Of a DNA stretch of 64,000 bases, positions 46,934-58,265 are shown piece after piece. Under the pieces are notes generated by a model. That model did no database searches. It was not told the DNA's origin and saw only the letters and a list, made by a program, of their open reading frames with translations. The DNA is from Hydrurus foetidus (lineage: Eukaryota): NCBI GenBank assembly GCA_900617105.1, contig UYFQ01000056.1:1-64000 (forward strand). Direction: 5' to 3'. Positions within the stretch are counted from its first letter, which is position 1. Each line of letters starts with the position of its first letter. A program made the position numbers and the translations under genes.

Positions 46934-49900
46934 GTGACATCGCGACATGCACTCCTACTGTGTTCAAAGGCTTGCATGGTTCGCTTACTGTAACTAAAGC
47001 AGGAAACCTTCGTGACATTGGCATCGTTCATTTTGATCCGCGTGCTGGACTTTCCATCGTATCGGCATCCGATTGCCTGTTGCAAGGGCACAACTGGGAG
47101 TTTCGCCAGGGTTCTATGATAGATCAGGATGCATTTCTGCTTCACACTGATCAGAGCACCTACAAATTCCAACATCGTGGAGGGCTATATGTCGCCGATT
47201 TGGCGGTGCCTCCGGAGCCGCGATATTCTGACGCCGCAGAGCGCAGAAATGCATATGCTCATCCGGCAGTGGTAAAAACACCATCTACAAGCATATTTTA
47301 CTCTACAAAACTGCCTACAACGGACGCCAACGAAGCCAAATTCACGAAACGCGAAGTTCAAAGAAGCGCTGATGCACGACGCATGCAAGCGAGTTTGGGA
47401 TTTCCACCAGATCAGAAATTCATTTCTGCATTGCGAGCTGGAACGTTTCTCAACTGCGACATCTTACCTGAAGATGTCGCACGTGCTACAGAAATTTGGG
47501 GAGCAAACACGGCTTCACTCAAAGGACGCACTACTCGGCTGAGGCCTATGCCACCACCACAGCTACCTACTACGACACGAAACTTTGATGCGCAACACAT
47601 GCATTGTGACATCATGTTCATAAATAAGCAGCCATTCCTAGTTTCGATTACCCATCCACTGGGAATTGTTTTGGTCGGCTGTGTTGACAATGTTACAACG
47701 CCGGTGCTCAGACAGAGCCTCAAGCGTATGTTCGGCACCATCGGGTCCCGACGAATTTCCATCGTGAAATTTACAAGTGACAATGAGCGAGGCATCGCTG
47801 CACTTTTCAACGACATGAACGCCATGGGTGTCGAAGTGATTGCGGTTGGTCCAGGGCAACATGATCACATTATTGAACGAATGATCAGGCACCTAAAGGA
47901 GACCATCCGCTGTACCATCTTCAGTCTACCGTACCTACTGCCTGACATACTCATGTCCTACCTCGTGACAGCCTCTGCGAAGAAGTTACTACTCTTTCCC
48001 TCATCGACGAGGACAGATAGAATTTCCCCTTTCGAAGCTTTCTTTGGTAGAAAGGCGGACACGAAAAAAGATATTGGACCACCGTTCGGGTCATACTGCC
48101 AAGTCACCGGGAGGGTGCTTAGCAACAACATGGATCCAAGAACCATTGGATGCCTATACCTAGAACCAAAGATGAATGGGACAGGCACTCATTCCTTTAT
48201 GCGCATCGACACTAGGAGCGTCATATCGGCCAACCACTATGTGGTGCTACCGATACCACCACTCGTCACCACCACTGTAAATGGGTGGGCATCGAAGAAC
48301 AAGATACATACATCGAAAGAACCAATATTCACTTTCCATGATAAAGACATCACAGGAGATATCGACGATGATATTGTCACAATGGATTCACCTTCAATAC
48401 CGGTGCCAACAATCCCGTTTCAACCTACACCTCCAATCTTACCGGTGTTCCCGGATGAAACCGACACGCCTCATACCATGATGGAACCTCAAATTGCTCA
48501 AGACCAAATTGAGATTCGGGGTGAAATGGAATCGGCGGGTGCTGAAAATACTAGTAATCTGACTTCCGACGAAGTATCCGGGCCAGAAACTACATTTGAA
48601 GCGGTACCGGAGGAGCAACCAGAGGCACCACCTACCACCGCAGTACGTACGTACATACCTAGTGCACCAGTTGAATTGCGTGAGAAGTCGACGAGAATTC
48701 GAAAGCCACCAGACAGACTCAACTTAGTAGCTGACAAACTACCTATTCCAGCGCAGAAAGAAGGAATTAGGGGTGACTGGTCACTTATGACAGTTACCCG
48801 GGCATTGAAACTTTTCCCGGATAAGGCTACCGCAGCCATTGAGTCAGAGGTCAAATCACTACTGGCAAAGGGGACATTTTCAGGAGTCCACATGGAACAA
48901 CTCACACCTACTCAGACAAAGAAGATCCTCCGTTCGAACATGAATGTTGTGGAGAAATACCTTCCAACACTAAACTCGAATGGCGATCGCCAAATCGACA
49001 AGGTCAAGGCGCGCTTCTGTGTGGATGGGCGTGCACAAGTCAGAGAGGACTATGCTGCAGATGAAGTTGAGTCACCAACAGCGAGCATAGCTGCTATATT
49101 TACAGTTGCACAGATTGCTGCTGCGGAAAACCGTTTCATCATGGTCGGGGACGTTGGGTCCGCGTACCTCAACGCCAACATGCCTATGGATAAACCGGAT
49201 AAAATCCTTCATATGTATATCGATAAGAATGTGACCGACGCCATCATCAAACAAGACAAATCTTTTGCGCCCTTCAGAAGACACAATGGAGGGTTGGTGG
49301 TGAGACTGGACAAAGCACTATACGGGTGTATTGAGTCTGCTAAACTATGGTACAACGAGATAGCCGGAACCCTACGGTCAAATGGTTTCACGGCTAACCC
49401 GCGCGATATTTGCGTCTTCAACAAGGACGTCAAAGGCAACCAATTTACGATCCTAGTCTACGTAGACGATCTAAAGATGACATGCGTGGACAAGAAAGCG
49501 GTTCTTGACATGGAAAAGATTTTGCTGAAAACGTACGGCCAATTCCGTACCACCCAAGAGCGCGTTCTACCGTACCTAGGCTGCATGTGGGATTACACTG
49601 AGCCTAGATTTGTAAAGGTAACACAGATCGGGATGATCCAAGATCTGATATCATCAAGGGAAAAAAGCCATGCCGAACGCGGTATGAAGCTCATCGGAGA
49701 CCCATCATCACCGGGTGCCCCACACCTATTTGAGCGGACCTTGGACTGCAAATTCCTGAATGAGAAAGACGCTAAAACCTTTCACACCGACGTTGCTACG
49801 GCGCTATACCTGGGGAACCGAACACGCCCAGACATTGTATTAGTGTTGGGTGAACTGTGCAAACGTGTAAAGGCACCGACAACAGAAGACGACAAGAAAC

Positions 49901-50433
49901 TCGATAGGCTCATATGCTATCTGAGGGCTACTAGAGACAAGCCATTACGACTCGGTTGCACTTTGCCAATGACAGTCACAGTATCAATTGATGCTGCATT
50001 TGCTAACAGAGAACAAATGAAATCAACCTCAGGAATGTGTGTCACATTAGGGGTGGGGAATTTTATTTCGAGTTCCAAGGTCCAGAAGCTGAATTCCAAG
50101 TCAAGTACGGAGTCCGAGATCATTGCGGTTTCCGACGGAATGAACATTCCGCTATGGCTTGCTGGTTTTATTGCATACCAAGGACATGGAAAACACCCAG
50201 TGAGGCTGGAACAAGACAATCAGTCATGCATCACGCTGCTGAAAAAAGGTCGGTCTACCGCAGAGACCACCCGGTTTATTGAGGTACGACAATTCTGGAT
50301 CTCAGACTACATCCGTATCGGTGCCGTAAACATTGTCTACGTGCCCACCGAGGATATGACATCCGATTACTACACCAAGCCACTACAAGGAACGATTTTT
50401 TCCAAGTTGGTGAAGAAAATTCTAGGAAATTAA
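46384..50433 (+). CDS. Copia-B NC-PR-IN-RT-RH ORF (-1 frame relative to gag)
   Basis: Open after TAG 46381-46383. Contains CYHCGKAGHRASEC, IFDTGAT, HCD/SDNE/IERMIR, YVDD and IDAA/EQDNQS. Confidence 0.93.
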   Translation, partial: CITISDSDSPNGTCSKEPHETGRSPKGEKPPAKEKAKKINPAKIKEPKVSFAKDTKEGKFSGICYHCGKAGHRASECRKKAAGEPPSAPKTSMSARRQTEEDDPSAQGDVYTAFGQMWDQEVNENEHGDRHCSVCYTTTPVEVATLGPRTDFSANRNINQHSTSEAIFDTGATGTIITCADVLSDIATCTPTVFKGLHGSLTVTKAGNLRDIGIVHFDPRAGLSIVSASDCLLQGHNWEFRQGSMIDQDAFLLHTDQSTYKFQHRGGLYVADLAVPPEPRYSDAAERRNAYAHPAVVKTPSTSIFYSTKLPTTDANEAKFTKREVQRSADARRMQASLGFPPDQKFISALRAGTFLNCDILPEDVARATEIWGANTASLKGRTTRLRPMPPPQLPTTTRNFDAQHMHCDIMFINKQPFLVSITHPLGIVLVGCVDNVTTPVLRQSLKRMFGTIGSRRISIVKFTSDNERGIAALFNDMNAMGVEVIAVGPGQHDHIIERMIRHLKETIRCTIFSLPYLLPDILMSYLVTASAKKLLLFPSSTRTDRISPFEAFFGRKADTKKDIGPPFGSYCQVTGRVLSNNMDPRTIGCLYLEPKMNGTGTHSFMRIDTRSVISANHYVVLPIPPLVTTTVNGWASKNKIHTSKEPIFTFHDKDITGDIDDDIVTMDSPSIPVPTIPFQPTPPILPVFPDETDTPHTMMEPQIAQDQIEIRGEMESAGAENTSNLTSDEVSGPETTFEAVPEEQPEAPPTTAVRTYIPSAPVELREKSTRIRKPPDRLNLVADKLPIPAQKEGIRGDWSLMTVTRALKLFPDKATAAIESEVKSLLAKGTFSGVHMEQLTPTQTKKILRSNMNVVEKYLPTLNSNGDRQIDKVKARFCVDGRAQVREDYAADEVESPTASIAAIFTVAQIAAAENRFIMVGDVGSAYLNANMPMDKPDKILHMYIDKNVTDAIIKQDKSFAPFRRHNGGLVVRLDKALYGCIESAKLWYNEIAGTLRSNGFTANPRDICVFNKDVKGNQFTILVYVDDLKMTCVDKKAVLDMEKILLKTYGQFRTTQERVLPYLGCMWDYTEPRFVKVTQIGMIQDLISSREKSHAERGMKLIGDPSSPGAPHLFERTLDCKFLNEKDAKTFHTDVATALYLGNRTRPDIVLVLGELCKRVKAPTTEDDKKLDRLICYLRATRDKPLRLGCTLPMTVTVSIDAAFANREQMKSTSGMCVTLGVGNFISSSKVQKLNSKSSTESEIIAVSDGMNIPLWLAGFIAYQGHGKHPVRLEQDNQSCITLLKKGRSTAETTRFIEVRQFWISDYIRIGAVNIVYVPTEDMTSDYYTKPLQGTIFSKLVKKILGN

Positions 50434-52076
50434 GTACTTCACATTATTGACTTACAGTTGAGCTATTTTTTAAAACTTTTATTAGCAACAAAACTTGTAT
50501 GATCACTATAGCTTACCATAGTTACAAACACGATTTATGATTACATTTCTATGAAGAAATATGAATATGCCGCCTGAATGCTTGTGACATTAGGGGTGTG
50601 TTGGATATAGCATAGCTATCCCTATGGGGACAATCCCTTTGGGGGAATTCCCTTTGGGTAATATCATTCAAGCCCAAGTGGAGGAGCGAGGGTAGCGCTC
50701 ACAGACCCGAGACCATCACTCAAACTGTACTGAAAGTTGCAACTGATGATGACAGTGAACAGCCAACTGTAGCTAGTATAGCTAGCCATGAACTGCTATG
50801 TTTTGACACGATGAGCACTTCTAATTAAAAGAGACTATATGGCTGTGTGCCATTATACCTACACTAGAGTGAGCTGTTGAAGCGACCTTGGTCGACTAGC
50901 TGAAAGCAAAGTGTGTTCTAAACGAATCACTACTATCAACCAGGTGCTTTGACTGGATCCAGGATCCAAAAGACAGCCTTATTCCAAGACCCTATGTAGG
51001 TTTTCTCGAAATAACCTATATAGGGCCCTACATATAGGTTATTGGAATTTCCAACCTATACGGAACTAGACTTCGATTCCAGACTTGGGTCCAGAAATCG
51101 ATTCCAGATTTGGGTCCAGAAATTTTGAAACCGAGTTGGAGAGTGAGCAAAGCTTTGAACATCTCATCTCAAGTCGAAATCTCAACTCATTTGTCGTGGC
51201 GAAGAGCACATTCACAGTAAAAGTTTAACCGATGGGGCTGAAACTTTGCAGATGTCCCCTGGACACCAGTTAAAGACCGCGGTAATTTTCTCCGTCGCAA
51301 CGGAGACTCAGGAGCTTCGTTCCATTATCGCCGGCCATGTTTTCGTTGCTTGAGCAAGTTGCCCGAAAGCTATTTCCCTACAATTCAGACGGGAATCCGT
51401 CAAAGTCTGCTCAATCACACATACTGGAGTCATATTGAAATCGCTGCTTTGCGCCGCGCACGACTTAAACTTTAAAACTCATCATTTCCAATTTTGCCCC
51501 CAACGAAGATAGGGGGAAAACTCTCGAAAAATTTTATTCACCGCCCAGAGTCAGCTAAATCCTATTACAACTGTTCACTCCCTCAACTAGGGATCTGATG
51601 GATGGCGCTGCCATGCGACGCGCGGACGAATTCATCTTGAATTCGCGATTTCCTTCATGGCTCCCGACGCTGATGTGGGGTGCACTCTTAAGGTTTTCGC
51701 CGTCACTGCTGAAATCTGAATTCTATCACACCCTTTTACAGTACATGCAATTATCCTATAAACTAAAAAGTTGAAAGTAAAAAGCGTCATCTCATCTGGC
51801 TAATATCTCTTTTTCACTGGAAGTTAGCGAATCACAGCATCGCTCCTCTCTTATCGTAGGTATCAAATTGGTGGCTGATTGGCCAATCAGATGCTATTTC
51901 AGTTTTTAGTTTCAGATTCACTTAGAGAATCAAAGGGAGTATACGTCATCTCTGTCAGCCACCTACCGCATCATCCTCCATCATTTGAAAGCTGCGGGAA
52001 CATCGAACATTAGTGCTTTGTGTCCCAATCTCAATAAATTGAATTGTCATCTCATTTCTCAGTCTGTCCAACAGCC

Positions 52077-52312
52077 ATGTTTGCATCATCTAGAGCGTCA
52101 TTCACCGCCAGCTCAACTTCAGAACAAGACGATCCTATGAGTAGGGATCTTCCGGCAGACATTGATCCATCAATCACGCAACCGACTGGGCCTGTAATCG
52201 TCTTCTCTTGGATTGTGTCCCACAATGGCGGTAACAAAGTGTTTCGTTGCAAACTCTGCAACGCTCAATTTACTGGCTCCCCTGTTTTGGCCATGACGCA
52301 TTTCGAGGCGAA
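52077..52312 (+). pseudogene. BED zinc-finger fragment (5' part of a DNA-transposase gene)
   Basis: VFSW...FRCKLCNAQFTGS...MTHF, cut off exactly at the inverted-repeat arm starting at 52313. Confidence 0.5.
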
Positions 52313-52847
52313 GACACGAGCATTTTCTGCATGCCCTTCCATTTTGAAATCTGCCGAATCAATTGCAGATTCACTGTTGAAAGTCAATGTATGAAGTCGA
52401 TGCTTAAAAGCTTCCCTGTCATAAAAAGTTGTGTGGTCAGTGATAAAGTTCCTTCTGTTTTAATTAGGTGGACATTCTATTTATTTGGGTGTAAATTATT
52501 GGAAAAAGTTGTCAATCAACTAAAAAAGTCTTGATTACCTTCTGATTATAAGTTATAATCAGAAGGTCCACCTACTTTAAGATAATCAGAACTTTTTTTA
52601 CGAATTGAGCACTATATTGTGGGAATCAAGACTTTTTTAGTTGATTGACAACTTTTTCCAATAATTTACACCCAAATAAATAGAATGTCCACCTAATTAA
52701 AACAGAAGGAACTTTATCACTGACCACACAACTTTTTATGACAGGGAAGCTTTTAAGGATCGACTTCATACATTGACTTTCAACAGTGAATCTGCAATTG
52801 ATTCGGCAGATTTCAAAATGGAAGGGCATGCAGAAAATGCTCGTGTC
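52313..52847. repeat. 224-bp inverted duplication with an 87-bp spacer
   Basis: Arms 52313-52536 and 52624-52847 differ at one position that I could see. The spacer begins with a 31-bp palindrome (52537-52567). Confidence 0.95.
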
Positions 52848-53717
52848 GGTAGAGCGGAAGGAGTTGATTGGATTGTAAAAGAATCGTTTGAAACAGAAGC
52901 TGAAATGAAAGACTATTGCACCAAGAATTTTCTTGCGAGAAACCGCACTAATCATAACATTGGCAAAGGCGTTACGTACTTGACTTGTGCGATGTCAAAA
53001 TGAGATTAATCAAAAAGCTGGATTAGGAGCTGTATGTTCTTGAAGCTGCGGAGGGGTTTGAACTTTGCCACAATCAACTCGAAATAGTTCCCGGAAGAGG
53101 TTTAAGTGATGAGCAAAAAAGGATTACAATTGAATGCCTCCAGGAAAGTTTTCTGTCACTTTTAAAGTTTTCGTTCTCGGAAAAAGTGTAAGTTCGTCGA
53201 AAATAGTGGTAAATTCTATTGAAATAGTCGCGAATTCTCTAATAATCCTTGGTCTCCTTTTAAAGTTCTTGATTCTCTAAAATAGTCTTCATTCTCTTAA
53301 AATAGTTTTTTTTTCTCTTTTTATAGTTCTCCGTTATTTGGGTGCCATAGGCAAATGCGCCTATATATGCAAACCGAAAATAGGCCTATATATGCGCTTA
53401 TATAGGCAAGACCTTATTACATACGCAAAAGTACTATAACAGGCCTAATGCGGAACCCAGAACGGAATACGGATTTTTATATAAAAATTTGTATGAAATA
53501 CGGATTTTTTATAAAAATTTGTATTCCGTACTGGAAATTTGGTGCATGCGTACTTCTCACTTCTCACTGTGCATATATTGCTTATATATGCATGACCGGA
53601 TGAAAAGTGCATATTACCTATATATAAAATCTTTTTTTTGCTTATGCCCCCTCACAGTTGAATAAAGTGTCCACTTTTCGGTGGGAAAAAACTCAAATGG
53701 AGTGATGATAAGAAGCA

Positions 53718-53818
53718 CCCCACACGGCCCCACACCATACTAAAAAATTAAAAAGCAAAAAATGGCGAACGTTCCTCTCGGTTTTTGTATTTTTTAGTAC
53801 GGTGTGGGGCCGTGTGGG
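53718..53818. repeat. ~100-bp hairpin module
   Basis: CCCACACGGCCCCACACCATACTAAAAAAT ... ATTTTTTAGTACGGTGTGGGGCCGTGTGGG. Confidence 0.8.
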
Positions 53819-54039
53819 AGGAAGAAGAATAATGATAAGAAATACTAAAATTAATGAAATAAGAAATCAATTATCAGAAGGAATGATTAGTAAAATAGAT
53901 GCAACAAAAAGTGTTCGTGCAAGTAGATATTTAATAAGAAATAATGAAAGATACAAAAAAAATCGAATATAATTAGAAGTGAGAGTTCTATTAGAAGAGT
54001 GTCAAGACTGATTTTAAAAACCAGAAAGAAAGTGTTATT

Positions 54040-57000
54040 TCTATTAGAGTGTTTGCGAAATCGCGTTTTTTGAAAAAACGACTTTCAAAGTCGTCTTCTT
54101 CAAAGTCGTTTTTCCCAAAAAAAATAAATGAAAAGGCACCACAGAAAACGAATTCGGCCCTCTTGACGGACGAAGTCGTTTTTAGATTTTTTTTCTCCAC
54201 AATCATCTTTTTTTCGCCGATTTCAATTTTCATTTTTCGCCGGTCATATTGTGCATGATATACGGTTCTGATGTATACGTGGAACGTGGATGAACATCGT
54301 CACGATTTGATATTTGAACGTGAGAAGTGAGAAGTCTCGATGTGAACTTGCACATCTTCATTCGATTCGATATAACGCACCTTACAAATTATTGGAGAGA
54401 TGGACTACAGAGAAGCTGGAACCGGCGGCATCGCCGCTTCTACCGTGCGTGCGAAAACATCTGCTATGGTACACTTCTTATCATTTTTGAAGACGAAGGA
54501 GTTGAATTACACGACTATGAATGAGGAGGAGCTTTGCGTTGAGAGCCTTTTGCGGCAGTTTGGGACATATCTTATCACTACTGCTAAAAAAAAAGAACCG
54601 GGAAGCTACTGAAAAGAGATACCGCAGTTGATTATTTCAGCGGCGTCGTTCAAGTTTTGAAGAGAAGGTTCAAGAGAAACAATATCTTCCAGACCACAGA
54701 AGTATGGTGCTCTGAAGTGCGCTACGATATCCTGAAACTTGTCGCTAGACGATGCATCACCGATGGCATCGAAGTCAAGGAGAAATCTAAGGGTGTCGGC
54801 CGAAATTTGATGAAGAGCATCGGTAGGTACCACTTTCTTCCGCATACACAGTAACGCAGAATAGAGAAACTGATCACACAGTAACCTACATCATTCAGGT
54901 CGGATGCTACTGGAGAGGGGGACTGTGAAAGCAATCGAAATGAGAGCTGCTCTAGTGACATCATTCCATGCGGTGGGAAGGGGTGGTGAGGCCGGCCTGT
55001 TAACATGGGGGGCACTATCATGGGACTATGATGAAGAGAATCTATCTGGAACATGGGCTCAACAGAAAGTGTTTAATGTCCTTGATATCAACTTTTTTGC
55101 CGATGCAAATGACAACAACATCGACGAGTATCACTGTGTAGCGTGCTACTGCATAGTCGGCGGTGGAGGTCGTTTTTTAGGACCGAATAATGCGAATAAG
55201 GGCTGGGTTTTCCCAAATCTCGCCGCGGGATCCGCTACATCTATTCTTACCGCTTATTTGAAGGAATGTGCGTCGCAGATTCCTGAGCTCCATGGAGATG
55301 TTACAGCAACCGATTTGCGAGCGGGGAGCTTGTGCGAGATCGTCTATGCGGAGGGTGGAGGTCTCGAGGTCGCTATCGCTCGGGGTGGATGGAAGGGTAA
55401 AGGAGAGTCATTAAGCGCTCTATTTGAGTACTTGATAAACACCAATTTATCAATCAGCATCGGAGGCAGAATTCTCGCAGGACACCTGAATCCACGGGTG
55501 AGGTGTTTTCCTCCTCGGTTGAGTGTCGTTCTAAGCGACGAAAATCAGGTGAGCTGGTACAAAATATAAACTCATATCTGACTCCAACTAATGAACGCTA
55601 CTTTGTATTTTAGGATTCAATTATGAAGATCATCGCAGACCTTTTCGATACGGGACATCGAGTGACAGAAAAGCTTCTACCGTTCGCAAAGACCATGTTT
55701 GCATCCCTCGTCCAGTACCTTGACGACCTGATTAGGCACTGTGGAACTTCGAACACAGTGGTATCACATATTGTCAACAGTGGCGCGAAGTTCGGTGTAC
55801 CTCTAAAAACTCTCATTGAGTGGGGTTCTATCGTCAGCGAAGACATCGCATTGCGGAACTCAATCAGAGTGCCCGCAACGGACACTTCCTATCTGTCCCA
55901 TGTAATAGCAGCACTACAGAAGGATGCAATTTCCATGCGCGAAGAGAATCGAAAGATTCGTACTGAGCTGGCTACTCAAACTGCCATGATATCTGAGTTG
56001 GTCCAGCTACTGAGGGATCAGAAGATAGCGGGGGAGCCCAGGACCCCACAATCAAGAAACAATCGGTCGCGCAGCTGTGAGGTGCGGGTAAAGTTTACAT
56101 TCAAACAAATGTACGATGAACTTCTTTCTCTAACAAGATATCCCATTTTGACAGAAGCGAGATCCAGGGGGACCTATATCTCAAGCGGTTCTCAATGAGG
56201 AAATCGAGGCTGAAGGACTGCAACCAGTCTCCTCTCTCCTGGATGGGAAATCGACTGCAGGTTAGGAACTTACAGTTCTCAAAGATCTGGATATCAGCCT
56301 TCTATTCTGCGACTTCTACAGAAATAATTTGCGGACACGCAGCTCTTGGATAAAGAATTCGAGAGAGAGGCTGCGAGCCAAGAATGTCGTGAATTATATG
56401 ATGAAGCTCCTCACTGATAAGCAGAGGTTGTATCTGAAGAAACCTCAGCCAAAGAAGGAAACACCTGGAAATGTCTGGACGAACTGGAATCAGCAGCTCA
56501 AGGATATCGGACGTGATATTACAGCAGCGACCATGGCAACACTACTCGAGGAGGAAAAAGCCTACCGAGAATCAGATGGGAAGGAGAAGTCAAAGCAGGG
56601 CGCAAAGTTTACGCAGACAGTCGTCGCTGTCGACAGAAGAATATCCAGAATAAGATTCGCTCGACTCTCCGCCAGTGAAGTTGTGGGCATTCAACCCATC
56701 ACTGCATTTGGGACAGAAGCAAGTGGAGGAAGAGCTACAGTTCTAGCCAAGAGACAGCTGCCTAACCCAGCGGAAGACACTGCGCCAGAGTCCAAGGGAC
56801 CATTTAAGAAAGCCAAGATAATGAAGGTTACAGCTCGCAGTCCAGTCAGGAAAAATCCCAAAGCTTTCTTCATGGTACCACCAATCATCTGATATCTCAA
56901 AGCTTCATCGAATTCCTTAACCGCACTGCTTTATTTAACCTCATTTAATCCGCAGACACTGGAATAATTGTATTATAGTTTAAGGAACAATTAATTCTAA

Positions 57001-58087
57001 CATTATAATGTACCGCTTTCATCATTATATCTGCAGGGCACCGCGGTACTCACAGCAGAACCCGTCAAATGCAATGTGTCATCGACATAGGGCAATCCTC
57101 AAGAAATTATCTAGTCACAACCTAGCCCAGATCCCCATCCGCGCTCCACTATATCACTCCCTATCGCAGAACTCAATAAATAATTGTATTATAATGTCGG
57201 TGTCATTAATTACAACATTATAATGTACCTATTAACGTCTTTAAAGCGTAATATATAAATAGCCATTACAATGAGACCTTTCGACAGTATCGCTTCTTGA
57301 TTGCAAGGTAAATAGCCGCTTGGTTCTCTTTTCCAACGTCAGTTCAAAACGTTGCTCCAATATGGAGCCAAGCGCTGCAGTTTCGCCACCTAATATCAGA
57401 AGATACAGAGCACCAGAATTTCAATAAGAGAGCCGGTCCATTCTGAAATTGCTGCAGCAAATTGGACTACAGAGATGTTCTAGCCAACGCACATAGTACC
57501 AGGAGAGCGTAGCATAGCTCGGCAGGAGAAATCAGTCTGCAATGACATCATCACGAGACTGATAGGCATCAGAATGTCGATAAAATTTCCTACAGGCAGA
57601 TATGCTCTGATGAGCTGCAGAAAATTCGAAGTCGCGCTTTCTTGCTCATCAGCGCACAATATCGTTGATTGGAATGGAGCACGAATGAAATCAGCGCTGC
57701 TTAGGATGCAAGCGGCACGAAACGGATCGTCAGAAAATTTTCAGGATTTCAATCCAGCCGAAAATGATCCCAAAATGCAGGAATTTACTTTCGGATAAGG
57801 ACGCCTCGTCGAGATTCTATCGCCAATAAGCCGACATGAAAAGGATAATTTGACCCTCAGCCGCATTTGCGATGGAATTGTGATGATGGATTTGTATCTT
57901 CAGGCGAAGTTGTTATCCTTCTCCAGCGGCGAAGTTTCGGCGAAGAATTCGAAAAACCGTAGAAATCACACCGGCGAAAAATCGCCGCTGCGCGGCGATA
58001 AATTCAATTTTTCTGTAAAAAACGACTTTGAAGAAGACGACTTTGAAAGTCGTTTTTGAATAAAACCAAAATCGCAAACACTCTATT
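54040..58087 (+). mobile_element. Crypton (tyrosine-recombinase DNA transposon), CryptonS-like
   Basis: TCTATT at both ends (54040-54045, 58082-58087). Bipartite inverted repeats (14 bp TAGAGTGTTTGCGA plus a ~40-bp block). Encloses a YR gene. Confidence 0.8.
54400..56892 (+). CDS. Crypton tyrosine recombinase, 4 exons; frameshift at an A9 run (~54590) and in-frame TAG at 56263-56265
   Basis: Introns 54823-54898, 55549-55613 and 56082-56154. Catalytic-type motifs GRGGE (R), QQK (K), TDLRAG (HxxR position), RGGW (W), FEYL (Y). Confidence 0.8.
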
Positions 58088-58265
58088 TTAAATAATATTA
58101 TTTTAATAATCGTATTTTAATTAATGAATTGATACAGAAGTGGAAAAAACAACGGAAGTGGAAGAAACAATGGAAGCATTTAATATTATAATGCGAAGAC
58201 TACCAACGTGCATAGAATGATTAGGGCATGATACGGACGATAACATATTGAAATCTCGAATGTAG

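Larger units (their letters stand above)
45098..50989 (+). mobile_element. Ty1/Copia LTR retrotransposon (Copia-B, copy 2), full length
   Basis: LTRs 45098-45487 and 50599-50989 (2 substitutions plus one G-run difference). Near-identical to 8427-14293. Flanks GACTT / CCCTA do not form a TSD. Confidence 0.97.

Noticed and set aside
43866..53652. Outer TIR pair GGGGCATA...TATGCCCC
   Set aside because: Only ~8-10 bp match and no TSD.
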